Shown here: piece by piece, positions 55,742 to 64,000 of the stretch
Layout: each line of letters begins with the position of its first letter
How positions within the stretch are numbered: position 1 is the first letter of the stretch
From: Escherichia coli
GTDB taxonomy: Bacteria > Pseudomonadota > Gammaproteobacteria > Enterobacterales > Enterobacteriaceae
DNA length: 64,000 nt
NCBI RefSeq assembly: GCF_003790525.1
Contig: NZ_CP033635.1
Direction: 5' to 3' (one strand)
Made by a program: the position numbers and the translations under genes
The notes under the pieces: generated by a model
What the model was told of the DNA's origin: nothing
Database searches by the model: none
Seen by the model: the letters and a program-made list of their open reading frames with translations, nothing else

Positions 55742-56141
55742 ACAGCCGTAAAAGCGGTAATGTTTTTACGCTGAACGTGTTTCATCTATTTGACGCGCGC
55801 AGGTATTTAGCATACAAGGAGTACCGATTTGAGAGTTGGTGCTCTTCGCTGCCTGCGTTCCATGATGATGATTTATCATTCAGGCGGCATTTTGCTGTCT
55901 TTTTTACGCTAATCTTACCCGGTGATTTATCGCCAGAGCGGTGGTAGCAAGGCAGCGCGCTTGCAGCGACCAGATATGCAGAGGGATGGGTGATTTATTC
56001 AGTTGCCAAACCCGCTGGAGTATTGAGATAATTTTCAGTCTGACTCTCGCAATATCTTATGAGGTTTCAGTTCATGTCCTGCGGCGCTCTCTGAGCGAAG
56101 CGGGTTTATCATTAACGAATAGTCTTAGTAGTACCGAAAAA

Positions 56142-56663
56142 ATGGCAGAGAAACGCAATATCTTTCTGGTTGGGCCTATGGGTGCCGGAAAAAGCACTAT
56201 TGGGCGCCAGTTAGCTCAACAACTCAATATGGAATTTTACGATTCCGATCAAGAGATTGAGAAACGAACCGGAGCTGATGTGGGCTGGGTTTTCGATTTA
56301 GAAGGCGAAGAAGGCTTCCGCGATCGCGAAGAAAAGGTCATCAATGAGTTGACCGAGAAACAGGGTATTGTGCTGGCTACTGGCGGCGGCTCTGTGAAAT
56401 CCCGCGAAACGCGTAACCGTCTTTCCGCTCGTGGCGTTGTCGTTTATCTTGAAACGACCATCGAAAAGCAACTTGCACGCACGCAGCGTGATAAAAAACG
56501 CCCGTTGCTGCACGTTGAAACACCGCCGCGTGAAGTTCTGGAAGCGTTGGCCAATGAACGCAATCCGCTGTATGAAGAGATTGCCGACGTGACCATTCGT
56601 ACTGATGATCAAAGCGCTAAAGTGGTCGCAAACCAGATTATTCACATGCTGGAAAGCAACTAA
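56142..56663 (+). CDS. aroK: shikimate kinase I (173 aa)
   Basis: [25 protein letters not shown] (P-loop); the track ORF beginning at 55941 is an upstream over-extension. Confidence 0.95.
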   Translation: MAEKRNIFLVGPMGAGKSTIGRQLAQQLNMEFYDSDQEIEKRTGADVGWVFDLEGEEGFRDREEKVINELTEKQGIVLATGGGSVKSRETRNRLSARGVVVYLETTIEKQLARTQRDKKRPLLHVETPPREVLEALANERNPLYEEIADVTIRTDDQSAKVVANQIIHMLESN

Positions 56664-56719
56664 TTCTGGCTTTATATACACTCGTCTGCGGGTACAGTAA
56701 TTAAGGTGGATGTCGCGTT

Positions 56720-57808
56720 ATGGAGAGGATTGTCGTTACTCTCGGGGAACGTAGTTACCCAATTACCATCGCATCTGGTTTGTTTAATGAACCAGCTTCA
56801 TTCTTACCGCTGAAATCGGGCGAGCAGGTCATGTTGGTTACCAACGAAACCCTGGCTCCTCTGTATCTCGATAAGGTCCGCGGCGTACTTGAACAGGCGG
56901 GTGTTAACGTCGATAGCGTTATCCTCCCTGACGGCGAGCAGTATAAAAGCCTGGCTGTACTCGATACCGTCTTTACGGCGTTGTTACAAAAGCCGCATGG
57001 TCGCGATACTACGCTGGTGGCGCTTGGCGGCGGCGTAGTGGGCGATCTGACCGGCTTTGCGGCGGCGAGTTATCAGCGCGGTGTACGTTTCATTCAAGTC
57101 CCGACGACGTTACTGTCGCAGGTCGATTCCTCCGTTGGCGGCAAAACTGCGGTCAACCATCCCCTCGGTAAAAACATGATTGGCGCGTTCTACCAGCCTG
57201 CTTCAGTGGTGGTGGATCTCGACTGTCTGAAAACGCTTCCCCCGCGTGAGTTAGCGTCGGGGCTGGCAGAAGTCATCAAATACGGCATTATTCTTGACGG
57301 TGCGTTTTTTAACTGGCTGGAAGAGAATCTGGATGCGTTGTTGCGTCTGGACGGTCCGGCAATGGCGTACTGTATTCGCCGTTGTTGTGAACTGAAGGCA
57401 GAAGTTGTCGCCGCCGACGAGCGCGAAACCGGGTTACGTGCTTTACTGAATCTGGGACACACCTTTGGTCATGCCATTGAAGCTGAAATGGGGTATGGCA
57501 ATTGGTTACACGGTGAAGCGGTTGCTGCGGGTATGGTGATGGCGGCGCGGACGTCGGAACGTCTCGGGCAGTTTAGTTCTGCCGAAACGCAGCGTATTAT
57601 AACCCTGCTCACGCGGGCTGGGTTACCGGTCAATGGGCCGCGCGAAATGTCTGCGCAGGCGTATTTACCGCATATGCTGCGTGACAAGAAAGTCCTTGCG
57701 GGAGAGATGCGCTTAATTCTTCCGTTGGCAATTGGTAAGAGTGAAGTTCGCAGCGGCGTTTCGCACGAGCTTGTTCTTAACGCCATTGCCGATTGTCAAT
57801 CAGCGTAA
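56720..57808 (+). CDS. aroB: 3-dehydroquinate synthase (362 aa)
   Basis: Full-length ORF with the NAD-binding [14 protein letters not shown] region. Confidence 0.95.
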
Positions 57809-57899
57809 CAACAAGAAAGGTCAGGCCGCTTATCAAGCGGTCTATTAGCTTCAGGTTAATTGCAACGTGGTAAGCATTAACCTTTTAGTGGGGTGTTAA

Positions 57900-59186
57900 A
57901 TGGATGAATTCAAACCAGAAGACGAGCTGAAACCCGATCCCAGCGATCGTCGTACTGGTCGTTCTCGTCAATCTTCTGAACGTTCTGAGCGTACTGAACG
58001 TGGCGAACCGCAGATCAATTTTGATGATATTGAACTTGATGACACTGACGATCGCCGTCCGACTCGTGCGCAAAAAGAGCGCAATGATGAGCCGGAAATC
58101 GAAGAAGAAATTGACGAATCCGAAGATGAAATCGTGGATGAAGAGCGCGTAGAGCGTCGTCCGCGTAAGCGCAAAAAAGCAGCCAGTAAACCCGCTTCTC
58201 GTCAGTATATGATGATGGGGGTCGGCATTCTGGTTCTCCTACTGTTGATCATCGGTATCGGTTCTGCGCTAAAAGCCCCCTCGACCTCTTCCAGCGATCA
58301 AACCGCGTCTGGCGAGAAGAGTATTGATCTTGCAGGCAATGCGACCGATCAGGCGAATGGTGTGCAGCCAGCGCCGGGAACCACGTCTGCGGAAAATACT
58401 CAGCAGGATGTTTCTCTGCCGCCGATCTCTTCTACGCCGACTCAAGGGCAAACCCCGGCGGCAACGGATGGTCAACAACGTGTTGAAGTGCAGGGTGACC
58501 TGAACAATGCGCTGACCCAGCCACAAAATCAGCAACAGTTGAATAATGTGGCGGTCAATTCCACGTTGCCGACTGAACCCGCGACGGTCGCGCCTGTTCG
58601 CAATGGCAATGCATCGCGTGACACGGCGAAAACGCAAACCGCTGAACGTCCGGCCACTACGCGTCCAGCTCGCCAGCAGGCGGTGATTGAACCGAAAAAA
58701 CCGCAAGCAACCGTGAAAACGGAGCCGAAGCCGGTAGCACAGACGCCGAAGCGTACTGAACCAGCTGCTCCTGTGGCAAGCACGAAGGCACCGGCTGCGA
58801 CCTCTACGCCAGCACCAAAAGAGACCGCAACTACGGCTCCAGTACAGACGGCATCCCCGGCGCAAACCACGGCAACACCAGCCGCTGGAGGGAAGACCGC
58901 AGGTAATGTGGGTTCGTTGAAATCGGCACCGTCCAGCCATTACACTCTGCAGCTGAGCAGTTCCTCTAACTACGACAACCTGAACGGTTGGGCGAAGAAA
59001 GAGAATCTGAAAAACTACGTTGTCTATGAAACGACGCGTAATGGTCAGCCGTGGTATGTCCTGGTTTCTGGCGTGTACGCTTCGAAAGAAGAGGCGAAAA
59101 AAGCGGTATCTACATTGCCAGCCGATGTCCAGGCCAAAAACCCGTGGGCGAAACCGCTGCGTCAGGTACAGGCCGATCTGAAGTAA
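57900..59186 (+). CDS. damX: cell-division protein DamX (428 aa; SPOR domain)
   Basis: Acidic N-terminus, single TM segment, long Pro/Thr/Ala/Gln-rich linker and C-terminal SPOR domain; precedes dam. Confidence 0.9.
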   Translation: MDEFKPEDELKPDPSDRRTGRSRQSSERSERTERGEPQINFDDIELDDTDDRRPTRAQKERNDEPEIEEEIDESEDEIVDEERVERRPRKRKKAASKPASRQYMMMGVGILVLLLLIIGIGSALKAPSTSSSDQTASGEKSIDLAGNATDQANGVQPAPGTTSAENTQQDVSLPPISSTPTQGQTPAATDGQQRVEVQGDLNNALTQPQNQQQLNNVAVNSTLPTEPATVAPVRNGNASRDTAKTQTAERPATTRPARQQAVIEPKKPQATVKTEPKPVAQTPKRTEPAAPVASTKAPAATSTPAPKETATTAPVQTASPAQTTATPAAGGKTAGNVGSLKSAPSSHYTLQLSSSSNYDNLNGWAKKENLKNYVVYETTRNGQPWYVLVSGVYASKEEAKKAVSTLPADVQAKNPWAKPLRQVQADLK

Positions 59187-59292
59187 TCAAGGTTATCTCC
59201 CGCAATGGTTTATCATCGCGGGAGTTGCCTGAAGCGCTGGATGCTGTCGGAGCTTTCTCCACAGCCGGAGAAGGTGTAATTAGTTAGTCAGC

Positions 59293-60129
59293 ATGAAGAA
59301 AAATCGCGCTTTTTTGAAGTGGGCAGGGGGCAAGTATCCCCTGCTTGATGATATTAAACGGCATTTGCCCAAGGGCGAATGTCTGGTTGAGCCTTTTGTA
59401 GGTGCCGGGTCGGTGTTTCTCAACACCGACTTTTCTCGTTATATCCTTGCCGATATCAATAGCGACCTGATCAGTCTCTATAACATTGTGAAAATGCGTA
59501 CTGATGAGTACGTACAGGCCGCACGCGAGCTGTTTGTTCCCGAAACAAATTGCGCCGAGGTTTACTATCAGTTCCGCGAAGAGTTCAACAAAAGCCAGGA
59601 TCCGTTCCGTCGGGCGGTACTGTTTTTATATTTGAACCGCTACGGTTACAACGGCCTGTGTCGTTACAATCTGCGCGGTGAGTTTAACGTGCCGTTTGGC
59701 CGCTACAAAAAACCCTATTTCCCGGAAGCAGAGTTGTATCACTTCGCTGAAAAAGCGCAGAATGCCTTTTTCTATTGTGAGTCTTACGCCGATAGCATGG
59801 CACGCGCAGATGATGCATCCGTCGTCTATTGCGATCCGCCTTATGCACCGCTGTCTGCGACCGCCAACTTTACGGCGTATCACACAAACAGTTTTACGCT
59901 TGAACAACAAGCGCATCTGGCGGAGATCGCCGAAGGTCTGGTTGATCGCCATATTCCTGTGCTGATCTCCAATCACGATACGATGTTAACGCGTGAGTGG
60001 TATCAGCGCGCAAAATTGCATGTCGTCAAAGTTCGACGCAGTATAAGCAGCAACGGCGGCACACGTAAAAAGGTGGACGAACTGCTGGCTTTGTACAAAC
60101 CAGGAGTCGTTTCACCCGCGAAAAAATAA
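59293..60129 (+). CDS. dam: DNA adenine methyltransferase (GATC), 278 aa
   Basis: N6-MTase motifs ([11 protein letters not shown]-binding region, DPPY catalytic motif). Confidence 0.95.
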   Translation: MKKNRAFLKWAGGKYPLLDDIKRHLPKGECLVEPFVGAGSVFLNTDFSRYILADINSDLISLYNIVKMRTDEYVQAARELFVPETNCAEVYYQFREEFNKSQDPFRRAVLFLYLNRYGYNGLCRYNLRGEFNVPFGRYKKPYFPEAELYHFAEKAQNAFFYCESYADSMARADDASVVYCDPPYAPLSATANFTAYHTNSFTLEQQAHLAEIAEGLVDRHIPVLISNHDTMLTREWYQRAKLHVVKVRRSISSNGGTRKKVDELLALYKPGVVSPAKK

Positions 60130-60146
60130 TTCTCAAGGAGAAGCGG

Positions 60147-60824
60147 ATGAAACAGTATTTGATTGCCCCCTCAATTCTGTCGGCTGATTTTGCCCGCCTG
60201 GGTGAAGATACCGCAAAAGCCCTAGCAGCTGGCGCTGATGTCGTGCATTTTGACGTCATGGATAACCACTATGTTCCCAATCTGACGATTGGGCCAATGG
60301 TGCTGAAATCCTTGCGTAACTACGGCATTACCGCCCCTATCGACGTACATCTGATGGTGAAACCCGTCGATCGCATTGTGCCTGATTTCGCTGCCGCTGG
60401 TGCCAGCATCATTACCTTTCATCCAGAAGCCTCCGAGCATGTTGACCGCACGCTGCAACTGATTAAAGAAAATGGCTGTAAAGCGGGGCTGGTATTTAAC
60501 CCGGCGACACCGCTGAGCTATCTGGATTACGTGATGGATAAGCTGGATGTGATCCTGCTGATGTCCGTTAATCCTGGTTTCGGCGGTCAGTCTTTCATTC
60601 CTCAAACACTGGATAAACTGCGCGAAGTACGTCGTCGTATCGACGAGTCTGGCTTTGACATTCGACTGGAAGTGGACGGTGGCGTGAAGGTGAACAACAT
60701 TGGCGAAATCGCTGCGGCGGGCGCGGATATGTTTGTTGCTGGTTCGGCAATCTTCGACCAGCCAGACTACAAAAAAGTCATTGATGAAATGCGCAGTGAA
60801 CTGGCAAAGGTAAGTCATGAATAA
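60147..60824 (+). CDS. rpe: ribulose-phosphate 3-epimerase (225 aa)
   Basis: [21 protein letters not shown]... Confidence 0.95.
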   Translation: MKQYLIAPSILSADFARLGEDTAKALAAGADVVHFDVMDNHYVPNLTIGPMVLKSLRNYGITAPIDVHLMVKPVDRIVPDFAAAGASIITFHPEASEHVDRTLQLIKENGCKAGLVFNPATPLSYLDYVMDKLDVILLMSVNPGFGGQSFIPQTLDKLREVRRRIDESGFDIRLEVDGGVKVNNIGEIAAAGADMFVAGSAIFDQPDYKKVIDEMRSELAKVSHE

Positions 60825-61575
60825 GTTTGAAGATATTCGCGGCGTCGCTTTTGATCTCGACGGTACGCTGGTGGACAGTGCTCCTGGCTTGGCTACCGCA
60901 GTAGATATGGCGCTGTATGCGCTGGAGTTGCCCGTCGCAGGTGAAGAACGCGTTATAACCTGGATTGGTAACGGCGCAGATGTTCTGATGGAGCGCGCAT
61001 TGACCTGGGCGCGTCAGGAACGTGCGACTCTGCGTAAAACAATGGGTAAACCGCCCGTTGATGACGACATTCCGGCAGAAGAACAAGTACGTATTCTGCG
61101 TAAACTGTTCGATCGCTACTATGGCGAGGTTGCCGAAGAGGGGACGTTTTTGTTCCCGCACGTTGCCGATACGCTGGGCGCATTGCAGGCTAAAGGCCTG
61201 CCGCTAGGTCTGGTCACCAACAAACCGACGCCGTTCGTCGCGCCGCTGCTCGAAGCCTTAGATATCGCCAAATACTTCAGCGTGGTAATTGGTGGTGATG
61301 ATGTGCAAAACAAAAAACCGCATCCGGACCCGCTGTTACTGGTGGCTGAGCGGATGGGAATTGCTCCACAACAGATGCTGTTTGTTGGCGACTCACGCAA
61401 TGATATTCAGGCAGCAAAAGCGGCAGGTTGCCCATCAGTTGGCTTAACCTACGGATATAACTACGGCGAGGCTATCGATCTCAGCCAGCCTGATGTAATT
61501 TATCAGTCTATAAATGACCTTCTGCCCGCATTAGGGCTTCCGCATAGCGAAAATCAGGAATCGAAAAATGACTAA
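60817..61575 (+). CDS. gph: phosphoglycolate phosphatase (252 aa)
   Basis: HAD motif [10 protein letters not shown]; start overlaps the rpe 3' end. Confidence 0.9.
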   Translation: MNKFEDIRGVAFDLDGTLVDSAPGLATAVDMALYALELPVAGEERVITWIGNGADVLMERALTWARQERATLRKTMGKPPVDDDIPAEEQVRILRKLFDRYYGEVAEEGTFLFPHVADTLGALQAKGLPLGLVTNKPTPFVAPLLEALDIAKYFSVVIGGDDVQNKKPHPDPLLLVAERMGIAPQQMLFVGDSRNDIQAAKAAGCPSVGLTYGYNYGEAIDLSQPDVIYQSINDLLPALGLPHSENQESKND

Positions 61576-62572
61576 GCCCATCGTTTTTAGTGGCGCACAG
61601 CCCTCAGGTGAATTGACCATTGGTAACTACATGGGTGCGCTGCGTCAGTGGGTAAACATGCAGGATGACTACCATTGCATTTACTGTATCGTTGACCAAC
61701 ACGCGATCACCGTGCGCCAGGATGCACAGAAGCTGCGTAAAGCGACGCTGGATACGCTGGCCTTGTATCTGGCTTGTGGTATCGATCCTGAGAAAAGCAC
61801 CATTTTTGTTCAGTCCCACGTGCCGGAACATGCGCAGTTAGGCTGGGCACTGAACTGCTATACCTACTTCGGCGAACTGAGCCGCATGACGCAGTTTAAA
61901 GATAAATCTGCGCGTTATGCCGAGAACATCAATGCTGGTCTGTTTGACTATCCGGTGCTGATGGCTGCGGACATCCTGCTGTATCAAACTAATCTGGTAC
62001 CGGTGGGTGAAGACCAGAAACAGCACCTGGAACTGAGCCGCGATATCGCCCAGCGTTTCAACGCGCTGTATGGCGATATCTTTAAAGTGCCGGAGCCGTT
62101 TATTCCGAAATCCGGCGCGCGCGTAATGTCGCTGCTGGAGCCGACCAAAAAGATGTCCAAGTCTGACGATAACCGCAATAACGTTATCGGCCTGCTGGAA
62201 GATCCGAAATCGGTAGTGAAGAAAATCAAACGTGCGGTCACTGACTCCGACGAGCCGCCGGTAGTTCGCTACGATGTGCAGAACAAAGCGGGCGTTTCCA
62301 ACCTGCTGGATATCCTTTCTGCGGTAACGGGCCAGAGCATCCCGGAACTGGAAAAACAGTTCGAAGGCAAGATGTATGGTCATCTCAAAGGCGAAGTGGC
62401 TGATGCCGTTTCCGGTATGCTGACTGAATTGCAGGAACGTTATCACCGTTTCCGCAACGATGAAGCCTTCCTGCAACAGGTGATGAAAGACGGCGCGGAA
62501 AAAGCCAGTGCACACGCTTCTCGTACGCTGAAAGCGGTGTACGAAGCGATTGGTTTTGTGGCGAAGCCGTAA
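61568..62572 (+). CDS. trpS: tryptophan--tRNA ligase (334 aa)
   Basis: Class I aaRS motifs (HIGN-type TIGNYMG and KMSKS); start overlaps the gph 3' end. Confidence 0.95.
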   Translation: MTKPIVFSGAQPSGELTIGNYMGALRQWVNMQDDYHCIYCIVDQHAITVRQDAQKLRKATLDTLALYLACGIDPEKSTIFVQSHVPEHAQLGWALNCYTYFGELSRMTQFKDKSARYAENINAGLFDYPVLMAADILLYQTNLVPVGEDQKQHLELSRDIAQRFNALYGDIFKVPEPFIPKSGARVMSLLEPTKKMSKSDDNRNNVIGLLEDPKSVVKKIKRAVTDSDEPPVVRYDVQNKAGVSNLLDILSAVTGQSIPELEKQFEGKMYGHLKGEVADAVSGMLTELQERYHRFRNDEAFLQQVMKDGAEKASAHASRTLKAVYEAIGFVAKP

Positions 62573-62590
62573 TTTAACATTAATGCCAAA

Positions 62591-62614
62591 AACCGGGGAA
62601 ACCCGGTTTTTTTA
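62591..62614 (+). terminator. rho-independent terminator of the aroK...trpS gene string
   Basis: Hairpin ccggg gaaa cccgg followed by T7. Confidence 0.7.
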
Positions 62615-62731
62615 TCCTCATTTGCAATAATCCGAAAAAATGTGAAGCACCTCGCCGTTTCCACATCTCACAGTTGCCACTTATCTTCATTTTAATGAAG
62701 ATATAAACATTCATTTTATTGAAAATATATT

Positions 62732-63637
62732 ATGCGTCGAACGTTTATCAAAAAAGAAGGCGTCGTTATCACGACACTGGCCCGTTATTTGTTGGGTGAA
62801 AAGTGCGGTAATCGACTGAAAACCATAGATGAGCTGGCAACTGAATGCCGTTCATCGGTTGGCCTGACGCAGGCCGCGTTGAAAACGCTGGAATCAAGCG
62901 GAGCGATACGGATTGAACGCCGTGGGCGCAATGGCAGTTATCTGGTCGAGATGGATAACAAAGCATTGCTGACTCATGTAGATATCAACAATGTGGTGTG
63001 CGCGATGCCCTTGCCCTATACCCGTTTGTACGAAGGCCTGGCGAGCGGATTGAAAGCTCAGTTTGATGGTATTCCTTTTTACTATGCGCATATGCGCGGC
63101 GCGGATATTCGCGTGGAGTGTTTACTTAACGGCGTGTATGACATGGCGGTTGTTTCCCGACTGGCGGCGGAAAGTTATCTCACGCAAAAAGGCTTATGCC
63201 TCGCGCTGGAGTTGGGGCCGCACACCTACGTTGGCGAGCACCAGTTGATTTGCCGTAAAGGCGAGTCCGCAAACGTGAAGCGCGTGGGGCTGGATAACCG
63301 TTCGGCGGATCAGAAAATCATGACCGATGTCTTTTTTGGCGATAGTGATGTGGAACGTGTCGATCTCTCTTATCACGAGAGTTTACAACGCATTGTTAAA
63401 GGCGATGTCGATGCGGTGATCTGGAACGTGGTGGCGGAAAACGAACTGACCATGCTGGGATTAGAAGCGACGCCGCTCACAGACGATCCGCGATTTTTAC
63501 AGGCCACCGAAGCCGTGGTTTTGACGCGAGTCGATGATTACCCGATGCAACAATTGCTGCGTGCAGTTGTTGATAAACAGGCCCTGCTTGCCCATCAACA
63601 ACGAGTGGTCAGTGGGGAACAGGAACCCAGTTATTAA
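62732..63637 (+). CDS. yhfZ: uncharacterised regulator-like protein YhfZ (301 aa)
   Basis: Full-length ORF in the position I expect for yhfZ, downstream of trpS; N-terminal HTH-like segment. Confidence 0.7.
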   Translation: MRRTFIKKEGVVITTLARYLLGEKCGNRLKTIDELATECRSSVGLTQAALKTLESSGAIRIERRGRNGSYLVEMDNKALLTHVDINNVVCAMPLPYTRLYEGLASGLKAQFDGIPFYYAHMRGADIRVECLLNGVYDMAVVSRLAAESYLTQKGLCLALELGPHTYVGEHQLICRKGESANVKRVGLDNRSADQKIMTDVFFGDSDVERVDLSYHESLQRIVKGDVDAVIWNVVAENELTMLGLEATPLTDDPRFLQATEAVVLTRVDDYPMQQLLRAVVDKQALLAHQQRVVSGEQEPSY

Positions 63638-63653
63638 ACGAAAGGCATCTGAA

Positions 63654-64000
63654 ATGGAAACCAGACTCAACCTGCTTTGCGATGCAGGCGTTATTGATAA
63701 GGACATCTGCAAAGGCATGATGCAGGTCGTCAACGTACTGGAAACAGAGTGTCATCTACCGGTGCGCAGCGAGCAAGGAATGATGGCGATGACACATATG
63801 GCGAGCGCACTGATGCGCAGTCGCCGCGGTGAAGAAATAGAGCCGCTGGATAACGAATTGCTGGCAGAACTGGCGCAATCCAGCCACTGGCAAGCCGTTG
63901 TGCAATTGCATCAGGTGTTGTTGAAGGAATTTGCACTGGAAGTTAACCCGTGTGAAGAAGGCTATTTGCTGGCCAACCTTTATGGATTATGGATGGCTGT
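63654..64000 (+). CDS. yhfY: YhfY-like PRD-domain protein, N-terminal part (3' end outside the window)
   Basis: Open frame from ATG 63654 to the window end (METRLNLLCDAGVIDKDICKGMMQVV...); not in the ORF track because it has no stop inside the window. Confidence 0.55.
   Translation, partial: METRLNLLCDAGVIDKDICKGMMQVVNVLETECHLPVRSEQGMMAMTHMASALMRSRRGEEIEPLDNELLAELAQSSHWQAVVQLHQVLLKEFALEVNPCEEGYLLANLYGLWMA

Noticed and set aside
58269-58940. 223-aa and 113-aa minus-strand ORFs within damX
   Set aside because: Arise from the low-complexity damX linker; Arg/Cys-rich nonsense translation.

Overview
This window reads as an Escherichia coli-type chromosomal segment running glgB(3' end)-glgX-glgC-glgA-glgP, then glpD/glpEGR, rtcR/rtcBA, malT/malPQ, gntT, nfuA, gntX, bioH, rpnA(yhgA), feoABC, tex(yhgF), greB, ompR-envZ, pck, yhgE, hslO-hslR-yrfG-igaA, nudE, mrcA, hofMNOPQ, aroK-aroB-damX-dam-rpe-gph-trpS, yhfZ and the start of yhfY. 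Gene calls rest on my recognition of the translated ORFs and on the conserved gene order; I could not run any database search. Almost all of it is ordinary core genome. Two short, AT-richer accessory insertions stand out against that backbone. (1) Between glgP and glpD (about 7.5-10.9 kb) sit two tandem paralogous PstS-like (phosphate-binding-protein fold) genes, one fused to an N-terminal polytopic membrane domain and one a lipoprotein, followed by a small membrane-protein gene broken by frameshifts, one of them at a T9 homopolymer. (2) Between the envZ and pck terminators (about 39.9-40.6 kb) sits a two-gene cassette that looks like a HigB-2/Gp49-type toxin with a helix-turn-helix antitoxin. 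No rRNA, tRNA, CRISPR array, IS element or prophage was recognised. Long antisense ORFs in the six-frame track are judged to be artefacts.
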